NCBI GenBank assembly: GCA_030537155.1
Contig: JAUNOH010000008.1
Coordinates: forward strand, 4,557 to 68,556
DNA: 64,000 bases
From: Bacillota bacterium
Lineage (GTDB): Bacteria > Bacillota_I > Bacilli_A > RFN20 > CAG-826
Direction: 5' to 3'
The notes under the pieces are model-generated. The model saw nothing but the letters and a program-made list of their open reading frames with translations. It searched no databases and was not told the DNA's origin. The position numbers and the translations under genes were made by a program. Below are positions 9,443 to 18,727 of the stretch, piece by piece. Within the stretch, counting starts at the first letter, position 1; each line of letters begins with the position of its first letter.

Positions 9443-10243
9443 ATGGAATTAGGAACCGTCGAGGATACGTTGTTCGTCCCCCTTTTGGGGAGGATATACG
9501 CCAGCAAAAACCATTCAAACATCCTCTTCGACGCCAAAGCCCTTGAATTGGAGAGAAAAATCCCCGAACGCATCAGGGATAACGATAGGCAAAAGCAATA
9601 TACCCTCATCGCCTCAGCCAGCCGTTCGGCGAATATGGATCGATATATCGACGCTTTCCTATCGGAAAACCCCGAAGGCGTAATCGTCGAATTGGGCGTC
9701 GGCTTAGAAAGCACCTTCTACCGGAAAAAGAAGACGCCGAAAGCCTGGTATGGGGTGGATCTGGATAACGTCATCACCTACCGAAAAAACCTCCTCGGCG
9801 AAGAGGGGATAAAGCTGATTTCCGGGGACGCTTTTTCTGAGGCTTGGATCAAGGCGGTCAAAAACGAAAACCCCGCTTCCAAAATCCTCGTCACCTGCAG
9901 CGGCCTCTTCTACTACTTCAGTAACGAAAAGGTGTGTTCCTTACTAAAGAAATTGCATGAAGCCGGAGACTTTCAAATCGTCTTTGACGCGGTTAACAAA
10001 TCCGGCATGAAGATGATGAAGAAAGCCTATATGAAGCAAGTCGGGCACGCGGATGCCGAAGTGTTTTTCTACGTCGATAAAGGCAACTCGCTGGTAAAAG
10101 AAATAGGGAATGGGTGCGCTCTCCTAAGCGAAGAGCCGTTTTACAAGCATATTGACCGTAGAGGATTAAAAGCCGGAACCAAGTTCAACATGGTGGCCTC
10201 CGATATATTGAAGATGGTTAAAATGATCCATCTGAGCCTATAA
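9443..10243 (+). CDS. Class I SAM-dependent methyltransferase (LCM/TcmP-like)
   Basis: V.DTL..PL.GR, IVELGVGLES, W..VDL..V...R, GLFYYF. Confidence 0.85.
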   Translation: MELGTVEDTLFVPLLGRIYASKNHSNILFDAKALELERKIPERIRDNDRQKQYTLIASASRSANMDRYIDAFLSENPEGVIVELGVGLESTFYRKKKTPKAWYGVDLDNVITYRKNLLGEEGIKLISGDAFSEAWIKAVKNENPASKILVTCSGLFYYFSNEKVCSLLKKLHEAGDFQIVFDAVNKSGMKMMKKAYMKQVGHADAEVFFYVDKGNSLVKEIGNGCALLSEEPFYKHIDRRGLKAGTKFNMVASDILKMVKMIHLSL

Positions 10244-10308
10244 AGCTTCCGTTAATACACCCATGGGAACGCGCATCCAGGTAATCGAGCGGATGTCCAT
10301 CGCATCGA

Positions 10309-10731
10309 TTATGTGGCTTTATATTTTTCCTCGATTAGATCAAGCATTTCTCGGGGGATAACTATGTAATACTCCCTCGGGAAATGCCTGATGTTCCCAG
10401 TTACAAGATAGGCTTCACTTCGTTTTCGCTTGTCAGCCACCACATCATAGAATGGTTTGTCGCTTTTATCAGGCAACTCAACGCCGGAATCTGGGGCCTC
10501 AACAAGTTCTCCCAACTCGCGAATCGAAGATATGAATAGACCAACCAAATCTTCCGAGAAAGCAAACTTCGGTCTGGTGAGAACCTCTTTATATTCCTCA
10601 ATCATCCCATGACTAAATAAGGGTCTGAGAAATCCAAGCGCCACACAATCCAGCAGTCGCCTCGGCACCGATTGCGATTTAAGCAAAGCCGACACCAAAA
10701 CATTCGTATCAATCGCAGCATAAAAGCACAT
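10309..10731 (-). CDS. PIN-domain toxin
   Basis: IDTNVLVSAL, EY.EVL.RPKF, PD.SD.PF, LVTGN.RHFP. Confidence 0.9.
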   Translation of the reverse strand: MCFYAAIDTNVLVSALLKSQSVPRRLLDCVALGFLRPLFSHGMIEEYKEVLTRPKFAFSEDLVGLFISSIRELGELVEAPDSGVELPDKSDKPFYDVVADKRKRSEAYLVTGNIRHFPREYYIVIPREMLDLIEEKYKAT

Positions 10732-11024
10732 TAATTCCCACCCCTTTCTTTTCTGACGGCCTCTATTTCGGCCTGAATTTCTTCCTCCCCGAGCTTTGAG
10801 TTGCCATTATTCTCAGAAATGTCATTCATCTCATCAGCCGTATTAATGAGCGATTCCGATGCGGCACCTAGTTTCATGCTGAAAGGTATTCCCCGTTCCT
10901 GAACGCTCCTTCTTAGGAACATCCTCACGGCGGTCGAAAGGTCTAGGCCCAGTTCTTCAAATATCTCACTGGCTTGGGTTTTCAGTTCTTCATCTACCCT
11001 GATTTGTATTAATCCGTTTGGCAT
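10731..11024 (-). CDS. RelB/DinJ-family antitoxin
   Basis: IQIRVDEELK.QA..IFEELGLDLSTAVRMFL......GIPF. Confidence 0.9.
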   Translation of the reverse strand: MPNGLIQIRVDEELKTQASEIFEELGLDLSTAVRMFLRRSVQERGIPFSMKLGAASESLINTADEMNDISENNGNSKLGEEEIQAEIEAVRKERGGN

Positions 11025-11252
11025 ACCATCCCTCCTTTTGTAATTACATTATAATGCATTTGAAAGACAGAAGATGCTTTTTAAACCAATAGAAATTAAA
11101 GTCTGAATGGCGTTCAACAGGCAGGGACAGAAATCCATTCCTCTGCATCCAAATCAAAAAAAGAGGCCAAGATGGCCCAATTATCGTCCACGGCTTTCGG
11201 CCGGCAATTCCTATATCCATCTAATCGGATTCATCCGATTGATTCAGGTTTT

Positions 11253-11329
11253 TGGCGCGCCCGGAGGGACTCGAACCCGCAACCCCCAGATTCGTAGTCT
11301 GGTACTCTATCCAGTTGAGCTACGGGCGC
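11253..11329 (-). tRNA. tRNA-Arg(ACG), second copy
   Basis: 77 nt identical to 7284-7360. Confidence 0.97.
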
Positions 11330-11436
11330 GCATTTGCCTCGGTTTCCCACAGCCCGATAAATATATAGCGGACCCAAACAAAAATAAAGGGCCAATCAAA
11401 GAAAAAGCCCCGGTTTCCCGGGGCCATCTTTTTGGA

Positions 11437-12267
11437 TTAGCGGTAATCCTTCCTGGCGTCGGCGACTACGTTGTTGTAGTTGGAGGCGATGAAGGAGGCA
11501 ACCTTATCATCGAGCAGGGCGTTGGCTAGAACGTCGATCTTCGTCTTGTAGGTGGAGTCGTTGGCATACCTGGAGACGGATGCCGCGACCACGTTCGCGC
11601 GGAGGTCACGGACGTCGTTGCTCTCGACGGGGAGGTCGGGATCCGCGGAAATTTTGCCAGTTAAAGCGGTATTCGCGGGCAGGACGCCATAATCATAGTC
11701 GGGAAGCAAAGAGGCAAGGTTTTCCTCAGGAACGGCTCGGATATTGGATGGCAGAGTATCCAGAGTAACCGAGGAATCGATAATTCCGTTTTCGGCCAGC
11801 AGGGTCAAAGCGCGGGAGGCGTTGGAGGAATCGGCGCAGATGCAATAGGTCGCCGTGGTCTTCTTGCTCTCGAAATCGGCGGCCTCGGATTTGCCGGGGT
11901 AGATCCTCAAGGGCTCGAAGTGGACGGCAGCCACCGGGAAGACTTTGGTATAGACGTAGCTCTCGGAGAATTCGAGGGTGTCGTCATTGGCGTCGTATTG
12001 CTGGAGGTAGGGACGGTGCTGGAAGTAGTTGGCATCGTAATCGCCGTTATAGACACCATCGTTTTGGATGGTCCAGTCGAGGATGGTGACGTTGAGGGTA
12101 TAGCCCTGCTCCTTGACCAAATCGGCCACCACTCCGTTCAGAATCTCGGCATGGGGCGATTCGCTGGCGGCCACGGTGATGGTGGTCGCGGAGTCACCGC
12201 CGCAGGAGGCGAGTCCGCCGACGGCGAAGCAGAGGATGGGGAGGGCGAATAAGAGAGACTTTTTCAT
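11437..12267 (-). CDS. metQ: Methionine ABC transporter substrate-binding lipoprotein
   Basis: Lipobox LASC, PHAEIL, DANYFQH.PYL, VHFEPL.IY. Confidence 0.9.
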   Translation of the reverse strand: MKKSLLFALPILCFAVGGLASCGGDSATTITVAASESPHAEILNGVVADLVKEQGYTLNVTILDWTIQNDGVYNGDYDANYFQHRPYLQQYDANDDTLEFSESYVYTKVFPVAAVHFEPLRIYPGKSEAADFESKKTTATYCICADSSNASRALTLLAENGIIDSSVTLDTLPSNIRAVPEENLASLLPDYDYGVLPANTALTGKISADPDLPVESNDVRDLRANVVAASVSRYANDSTYKTKIDVLANALLDDKVASFIASNYNNVVADARKDYR

Positions 12268-12950
12268 TTTACTTTTTTCCTTTTATCGAGTTTTTTGGCC
12301 AAATACAGCCCAGCCTCCTGAATGAGGCTTACGATGATGATGACGACTAATACCATCAACCAGAATTCCCAGCTGGAGGTGAAGTCCGCGGTGTTCCTCG
12401 TATAGAAGGAGTAAATGGCGGATATCAGGCCTCCGGCGCCCGTATTGTAGGCGAAGGAAGTATAGCCGATGACGTTGACCAGGGTGACGGAGACCCCGAT
12501 GACCAGGGTGCTCCTGGCCTCGGGTATCAATACCTTCCTGATGATCTGGAAGTTTGTGGCACCCATCGATTTGATGGCCTCCACCTCGCCGGGGTCGACG
12601 TCTTGGAGCGATTGCTCGACCAGACGCGATACAAATCCGAGGGAGGAGAGGAAGAGGGGGATGATCATCGTGTACCACTTCCCGGAAGCAGTTCCGAAGA
12701 TGCTTCTGGTAAGAGGAATCAGGATGACCAGCAATATCAGAGCCGGGACGCTCCTTAAGAAATTTACTACCAACCCGAGGACGGCGTTTACCGGTTTGTT
12801 GGGTTTTAAACCGCTGGCGGAGGTGAATTTGAGGATGATGCCTATCGGAAGACCGAATAGGTAACTTATAGCCGTGGAGATGAAGGTCATCAGCAGGGTT
12901 TCGCCAATAACGGTCCCCCACTCTATGTTCGCCAATATCGGGGTGATCAT
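12264..12950 (-). CDS. metI: Methionine ABC transporter permease
   Basis: ETL.M, N.LRSVP..IL, G..EA..SMGA, GAGGL. Confidence 0.9.
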   Translation of the reverse strand: MITPILANIEWGTVIGETLLMTFISTAISYLFGLPIGIILKFTSASGLKPNKPVNAVLGLVVNFLRSVPALILLVILIPLTRSIFGTASGKWYTMIIPLFLSSLGFVSRLVEQSLQDVDPGEVEAIKSMGATNFQIIRKVLIPEARSTLVIGVSVTLVNVIGYTSFAYNTGAGGLISAIYSFYTRNTADFTSSWEFWLMVLVVIIIVSLIQEAGLYLAKKLDKRKKVK

Positions 12951-13927
12951 GCGTCGACCTCCTCATATTTGACGCCCTTCAGCTCGAGGAAGCGGTAGAG
13001 CTTTTTGGCATCTTTCTCATCGCTCGGCTTCTGGATGATGGTGACGCCGTAGGCCTTCCCCTCTTGGACCCTGGTGTCCGCATGGACTAGGGAGACGAGG
13101 ATGCCGCAGGTGGAGACGATCTCGCTGATGAGGGGCTCATCGACGTTCCCGTCGAAGCTGATCCTGACCAGTTTTTGATCGGATAATTTGGTGTGGACCC
13201 TATTGGTGTAGATGATCCGCTTGGTGGCCTCCGATTTTGGGGCGAGGAAGACTTCGTATGTCTCCCCCTGCTCCACGATCTTGGCCTTGTCGATGACGGC
13301 GACCTTGTTGCAGATTGACTCGATCGCGTTGATCTGGTGGGAGATCATGACGATGGTGATGCCGTATTCCTTATTGAGGGATGATAGCAGCTCCAATATC
13401 TCCATCGTCGTCTCGGGATCGAGGGCGCTGGTCGCCTCGTCACAGAGAAGCACCTCCGGATCGAGGGCTAAGCTCCTGGCGATGGCTACCCTTTGCTGTT
13501 GTCCACCGGAGAGTTGGCTCGGGTAGGCCGAGGCGTAGTCGGCCAAGCCGACGCGGCTAAGGCAATCGAGGGCCTTCTGCTTCATTTCCTGCTTGGGATA
13601 GCCCTTTATCTCCAGGGCCAGCATGACGTTTTTTAAGACGTTGCTCTGCTGGAGGAGGTTGAAGGATTGGAAGATCATGGCAATCCGCATTCGGTCGCTC
13701 CGGGCGATGCGGACGTCGGGGGAGGATAACAATTTCCCCTGATACCATATCTCCCCGGAATCGAAGGTCTCGAGGCCGTTTATGCAGCGCACCAGGGTAC
13801 TTTTCCCGGCGCCGGAGATGCCAAGCACCCCGAAGATGTCGCCTTTCTCTATCTCCAAGCTGACGTCGTCCAGCACTTTCTTTTCGCCAAAGCTTTTGGA
13901 TAAATGCGAGATAACGAGTTCAGCCAT
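12947..13927 (-). CDS. metN: Methionine ABC transporter ATPase
   Basis: G.SGAGKSTL.RCIN.LE, LSGGQQQRVAIAR, LCDEATSALDP, C-terminal NIL-like domain. Confidence 0.92.
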   Translation of the reverse strand: MAELVISHLSKSFGEKKVLDDVSLEIEKGDIFGVLGISGAGKSTLVRCINGLETFDSGEIWYQGKLLSSPDVRIARSDRMRIAMIFQSFNLLQQSNVLKNVMLALEIKGYPKQEMKQKALDCLSRVGLADYASAYPSQLSGGQQQRVAIARSLALDPEVLLCDEATSALDPETTMEILELLSSLNKEYGITIVMISHQINAIESICNKVAVIDKAKIVEQGETYEVFLAPKSEATKRIIYTNRVHTKLSDQKLVRISFDGNVDEPLISEIVSTCGILVSLVHADTRVQEGKAYGVTIIQKPSDEKDAKKLYRFLELKGVKYEEVDA

Positions 13928-13944
13928 ATTCTCCTTTCCGGGGA

Positions 13945-14222
13945 CTTAATATAAAACGGTCCCGCCTCAGCCAAATAATTGACTTAAGGGCGAGACCGTA
14001 CGGTTCGCGTTACCACCTTAATTCGCCATAGATGTCGCCATCTTGGCCTCAACGGGTGCCATCACACCCCTCGGCTGTCACGGGCCTGCCCGGAGAAAGC
14101 TACTATTTGATTCGCCTTCCCAGCTCCGGGGCCATGTTCGCCGTAACTTTCACCATCCCGCTTCCACCATCCGGGACTCGCTATCGGTTACTCGGAGCGG
14201 TTACTCCTCCCCATCGATGCTG
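13945..14222 (-). promoter_or_regulatory. Methionine-specific T-box riboswitch
   Basis: T-box AAGGTGGTAACGCG at 14006-14019; stem I with AGTA, GCGAG and GGTGGAA elements; specifier GAAC-ATG at 14133-14135; terminator ACGGTCTCGCC/GGCGGGACCGT-TTT before metN. Confidence 0.92.
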
Positions 14223-14472
14223 TTCGGGAATAATGATATTGATGGCTGAAAAACAATCAAGGGGGAAATTGTCTAAACCTGCCAAGAATAAGTATGTTCC
14301 CTTGAGAAACCGCGCGATTTCTAGTAAAAAAGGGCTTCGCTGTAATTTGGCTATGTTAGTATCTCCTTGGAAAGGATCGCTGATATTGGCATATTAAAAT
14401 CAGCCAAATATATTGCAAATTGTCATCTATATGCAATCATATTGCCAAACATATTCATGGGAGAAAACTATC

Positions 14473-14778
14473 ATGGCAAAAACAGCGAGCGTATTCACCA
14501 GAGTCGATCCGAAGATTAAGCAGGAAGCCGAAGGCATCTTGGAAAATTTAGGGTTATCGATGTCAACTGCCATGGATATATTCCTTAGGCAAATCGTCAT
14601 CAATAACGGCCTTCCTTTCGAGGTAAAGCTCCCCAGTCAGAAGCCCACCTGCCTAAACTCATTAACGGAAGAGGAATTCGACAAAGCGATGGAAGAAGGG
14701 ATAAAGGAGGTCGAGGAAGGCAAGACAATCCCGCTTGATGAAGTCGTAGAAACGCTTAAAAAAGAAAGAGGTATATGA
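14473..14778 (+). CDS. RelB/DinJ-family antitoxin
   Basis: KTASVFTRVDP.IK.EAE.IL..LGL.MS.A..IFL.QI....GLPF. Confidence 0.9.
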   Translation: MAKTASVFTRVDPKIKQEAEGILENLGLSMSTAMDIFLRQIVINNGLPFEVKLPSQKPTCLNSLTEEEFDKAMEEGIKEVEEGKTIPLDEVVETLKKERGI

Positions 14779-15113
14779 GGTGGGGGATTAAGTTGACGCA
14801 TAAGGCCAAATCTGATTTATATTCGATCCTCAATTACATCAGCTTTGAATTAAAAAGCCCCCAATCCGGCGCTTCCGTCACCAAAGACATACTCAGCATG
14901 ATATATTCGCTGGGCCACATGCCAATGAGGCACAAAAAAGCCGATAAAGACCCGTGGAACAGCATGGGAATTCGACGAGTATCTGTCAGAAACTACACTA
15001 TTTTCTATTGGCCGATCGAAGATAGGAAAATGGTATATATTCTACGGATCTTATATGCCGGGCGTGATTTCGAAAAACTATTAGAAGAGGCCGACATAAG
15101 TTTGGCAGTTTAA
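14775..15113 (+). CDS. RelE/ParE-family toxin
   Basis: A..DL..I..YI...L..P, L..MP.R, V.NY.IFY, V.ILRILY..RD; ATGA overlap with the antitoxin. Confidence 0.9.
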   Translation: MRWGIKLTHKAKSDLYSILNYISFELKSPQSGASVTKDILSMIYSLGHMPMRHKKADKDPWNSMGIRRVSVRNYTIFYWPIEDRKMVYILRILYAGRDFEKLLEEADISLAV

Positions 15114-15173
15114 GATAGCCGACCATCATTCAAGCCACAAAAAAGGATGCCGTTCAACAGGCATCCCTTTCGT

Positions 15174-16979
15174 TTATTTGGCTTTGTTTTTCCTCTCGCG
15201 CTTGACCACGTTGGTCTTATGGCGCTTATAGAGGTAGACGCCGGTCCCGGCCAATAGGAGACCAAGCAGGCAGCAGAGGAAGATTATCCCCCAGGTCGGG
15301 AGGCTATTCGACTTCACGTTCTCCCACATCGTGAGGACGTAACGGTTGTTGGAGCCGAAATCCTGCATGACGCAGAGCTCCCCCATCCCTTCCTGCTCTA
15401 TCCTCGAGTTGTCGGGGTATTGGGTGACGAATTGGTTGTAGGTGGCCGCATCATCGCCCTCCGGGTCGTAGGTGTAATAGATATAAGGCGATTCATCGGG
15501 CGAGGTGGCGCCTTCGAAGGAGGAGGTCGGATCGTATCCTAATTCCCCGATGTATTCGGAGGAGGTCGAGGAGGAGAACATATAGCTTAAATCCAAGGTG
15601 GACCAGCCGAGTTCCTCGCCCTCGTTATATTCCTCCCAGCTTGAATAGCCGGAATCTTCTCCCGGGGCGGCGTAGGTCGAGCCCTCCATGCCCTCGATGT
15701 AGACGTAATTGCCCTCATCGTCATAGACGAAGTCGTCGTTTTCCTCGTCGTATTGATACATCTCATACGTCCGGGGGTCATACCACTCAAGCATCGTCAG
15801 ATGGACGTCGTCCCCGCCGATGAAGGAGGTGTAGCCGATATAGTTCATATTGGCCACCGCCACCGTGGGATCGGAGAGGAAGTCGAGGAAGGCTAGGGCA
15901 CACTCCCTATTGTCCCCCGTGACGGAGGAGGGCATGCACCAGGCGTCGAACCAGATGTTCCCACCGCTTTCGGGGACGCTGTAATAGAGGGTCTCATCGT
16001 TTTCCTCGGCGGCCACCGAGATGGAGTAGACCGCATCACCGGACCAGGCTAGGTTGATGCCGATCATCCCCTTGACGATGTCATCCTTCCCCGAGTCGAC
16101 CTCGAAGCCGAAGACGTTGTCCTTTAGCTCCAAAAGGGCGTTTTGGACCTGGATGGTGGTCTCCTCGTCGCAGAGGTTGAAGATGGTTGATAACTGTTCC
16201 TCGCTATAACCGGAGGAGGCTAGATAGGCCGAGGGGTCCCCCTCATTGAGGAAGGAATCCTCGTATAGCTTCATCATGCCGACCGAATAGGTGTCCCTCA
16301 TCGAGTCCTTAATCGACATCTGGCCATGGTATTTGCTATCCCAGAGGACGCTCCAGGAGGAATTCATGTCGGAGATGACTTCGTCATAATCGACGCCGCA
16401 CTCCTCGGATAATTTGGCGGGGTTATAGAGGATCCCGAGGGTCCCCCACATGTAGCCGACGGCATAATCGCCGACCCTTTGGGGCTCGGAATAGCCTTCG
16501 ACATTGGCCTCCAATCCATCGAGGGTGTCCCGGAGGTACTCCGGGCAATACTCCTCATAGTTAGGCACCGATTCGGAGTAGTCCTCATCGGGGCTTTTTA
16601 TGGGTTGGAGCATGGAGTTGGCCATCATCTTCTGGATGGTGTAGTCGGAGGCGCAGATGAGGTCGTACTGGGTTTTTCCGGTCTGAAGCCCCGAATACAT
16701 CGTCTCGTTCGTGTCGTAGGTGTCATAGACGATGGAGACGCTTTTGCCGGTCAGCTCCTCATAATACTGCTCGAAGCCATCGAGGACGTCGTCGAACTCC
16801 TCGCCGTTGGAGAAGGTGAAGCTTTCGGCCTCACTCCCCTCATTCATGTAATCCTCGCAGTTGGTCATGCGGAGGACGATGTCCGCCCCGCTTCCCCCGG
16901 AGGAGGAGCAGCCGCTTAAAGCCGGGATGGCGAAGCCTAGGGAGAGGATGAGGGTATAGGCAAATTTGCTTTTCTTCAT
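15174..16979 (-). CDS. potD: Spermidine/putrescine-binding lipoprotein, long form with C-terminal TM helix
   Basis: Lipobox LSGC, NCEDY, YDTNE.MY, YD.IC.SDY, YMWGTLGILYN, WSGDA, VP..GGNIWFD. Confidence 0.85.
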   Translation of the reverse strand: MKKSKFAYTLILSLGFAIPALSGCSSSGGSGADIVLRMTNCEDYMNEGSEAESFTFSNGEEFDDVLDGFEQYYEELTGKSVSIVYDTYDTNETMYSGLQTGKTQYDLICASDYTIQKMMANSMLQPIKSPDEDYSESVPNYEEYCPEYLRDTLDGLEANVEGYSEPQRVGDYAVGYMWGTLGILYNPAKLSEECGVDYDEVISDMNSSWSVLWDSKYHGQMSIKDSMRDTYSVGMMKLYEDSFLNEGDPSAYLASSGYSEEQLSTIFNLCDEETTIQVQNALLELKDNVFGFEVDSGKDDIVKGMIGINLAWSGDAVYSISVAAEENDETLYYSVPESGGNIWFDAWCMPSSVTGDNRECALAFLDFLSDPTVAVANMNYIGYTSFIGGDDVHLTMLEWYDPRTYEMYQYDEENDDFVYDDEGNYVYIEGMEGSTYAAPGEDSGYSSWEEYNEGEELGWSTLDLSYMFSSSTSSEYIGELGYDPTSSFEGATSPDESPYIYYTYDPEGDDAATYNQFVTQYPDNSRIEQEGMGELCVMQDFGSNNRYVLTMWENVKSNSLPTWGIIFLCCLLGLLLAGTGVYLYKRHKTNVVKRERKNKAK

Positions 16980-16983
16980 TTTC

Positions 16984-17877
16984 TTACCTCCCGGGGCGCT
17001 TCTTGGCCTTCTTGGCCTGGAAGTTGGAATAGATGGTCATGCCGATGACGATGGATAGCACGACTAGGAAGATGATGGTGGTCAAAGCCCGCATCTCGGT
17101 CGGGATCGGGCCTTTCTTGATCTTGGCCTGGACTAAGGTGGAGAGGGTCTCGATGGTGGCGTCCCCGCTCAATAAACCGGCCCCGCGGAGGAAGGCGGTG
17201 ACGATAAAATCGTCCAGGGAGAGGGTGATGGCCAATAGGAAACCCGAGAAGGCACCAGGGAGGACCTCCGGGATGATGGCTTTCCTGACGGCCTGGCGCT
17301 GGGTGCAGCCTAAATCCAAAGCCGCCTCATAGAGAGCCGGGTCCATCTGCTGGAGCTTCGGCTTGACGTTGAGGTAGACGAAGGGCAGGGAGAGGATCAC
17401 ATGCCCGATTAAGAGGGTCCAGAAGGAGAAGATATTGGCCCCGTTGAAGATGTAGGTCCCGATGAAGACGAACATGACGGTCAAGGAGAGGGCGATGACG
17501 ATCTCGGCGTTGGCCACCTGGACCTGGGTGATGCCCTCCACCATCATGCGGCGGCGCTTCTTCGAATAGTAGATGCCGATGGCCCCGGTGGTCCCGAGGA
17601 TGACGGAGATAAGGGCCGAGCAGACGGCGATGATGAGGGTGTTGCCCAAGGCGACCATGATCTCCTCGGAGGAGAATAGATCCGCGTAAAGCTGGAAGGA
17701 GAAGCCGCTCCAGGTGCCAAGTTCAGTCGCCTCGGTGAAGGAGAAGGCGATCAGCACGAGGATGGGGACATACATCAAAATCAGGACGATCCAGATGAAG
17801 CTCTGACCGAGGATTTTGGCCCAAAGGGCCTTCTGGCGCAGCTTCTTTTCGTTATCCGTGTAAGTGCTCTTTACCAT
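16984..17877 (-). CDS. potC: Polyamine ABC permease
   Basis: Y.PI..L..FSF, V.PKL.QMD..LYEAA.DLG, SLDDF. Confidence 0.9.
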   Translation of the reverse strand: MVKSTYTDNEKKLRQKALWAKILGQSFIWIVLILMYVPILVLIAFSFTEATELGTWSGFSFQLYADLFSSEEIMVALGNTLIIAVCSALISVILGTTGAIGIYYSKKRRRMMVEGITQVQVANAEIVIALSLTVMFVFIGTYIFNGANIFSFWTLLIGHVILSLPFVYLNVKPKLQQMDPALYEAALDLGCTQRQAVRKAIIPEVLPGAFSGFLLAITLSLDDFIVTAFLRGAGLLSGDATIETLSTLVQAKIKKGPIPTEMRALTTIIFLVVLSIVIGMTIYSNFQAKKAKKRPGR

Positions 17878-18722
17878 AGGTTGGCCCTCCGTAGGTTGTT
17901 CTCCTGCTTGCCGAATTTGGCCGAGATGGCCATCGACAATCCGAGCAGGACGAGCATGATGAGGGCCATGAAGGAGCCCTCGTTCCACTGGGAGTTGGAG
18001 AAGTTGAGGTAGATGAAGTTGCCGAAGAGGGAGATCTTTCCTTCGGAAAGGGTATCCGAGATGACATAGCTCGAAATCGTCGGCATGAACACCATCTGGC
18101 TGGCCGCCACGATCCCGGGGATCGACTGGGGCAAGATGGAATGGAAGAAGGTCTGGACCTGGTTGCAGCCTAAGTCGCGGCTGGCCTCGATCTGGGCCTT
18201 ATCCAATTTCAGCATCGTGGTGTAGAGGGGGAGGATGGTGAAAGGCAGGTAGTTATAGACCATGCCGATCATCGTGGCCAGATAGGGGTAGCTGCCTCCG
18301 GAGATGCCGAGCCAGGATAAGACGTCCCTGGTGGCCCCGGTGCGGAGGACGAAGTTGATCCACATCGGCATGATGAATAGCAAAACCAAAATCTTGTTCT
18401 TGTTGAATTTGCTATTGGCCAAAAGATAGGCGATCGGGTAGCCGATCAATAGGCAGATGAGGGTATTTAATATCCCGATGAAGAGGGAGACCAACAAGAC
18501 GTTGATCTTCGTCGGGGTGGTGAAGAAGCTCACCAGGGCGTCGAAGGAGAAGACCAAGGCCCCGTCATCATTCGTCTCCGTGAAGGCGTAGACGAGGATG
18601 ATGAGGATCGGGATGATGGCGAAGATGAAGAGGAAGACGGCATACGGGATACCGAGGTTGCTGCGCTTAAACGAGTATTTGTGATGGAAACGCAGCTTCC
18701 TTCCCTTTGGATTCTCGGCCAT
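17871..18722 (-). CDS. potB: Polyamine ABC permease
   Basis: GYP.AY, PMWINF.LR, YNYLPF.ILP.Y, EAS.DLG. Confidence 0.9.
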   Translation of the reverse strand: MAENPKGRKLRFHHKYSFKRSNLGIPYAVFLFIFAIIPILIILVYAFTETNDDGALVFSFDALVSFFTTPTKINVLLVSLFIGILNTLICLLIGYPIAYLLANSKFNKNKILVLLFIMPMWINFVLRTGATRDVLSWLGISGGSYPYLATMIGMVYNYLPFTILPLYTTMLKLDKAQIEASRDLGCNQVQTFFHSILPQSIPGIVAASQMVFMPTISSYVISDTLSEGKISLFGNFIYLNFSNSQWNEGSFMALIMLVLLGLSMAISAKFGKQENNLRRANLW

Positions 18723-18727
18723 CTCCC

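Noticed and set aside
12283-12966. Long alternative-frame ORFs over metI and many other genes
   Set aside because: A by-product of high GC3 codon usage; Arg/Pro/His-rich with no motifs
11111-15163. 13-bp match CGTTCAACAGGCA near both RelB modules
   Set aside because: Matches of this length are expected by chance in 64 kb; one copy is part of a terminator
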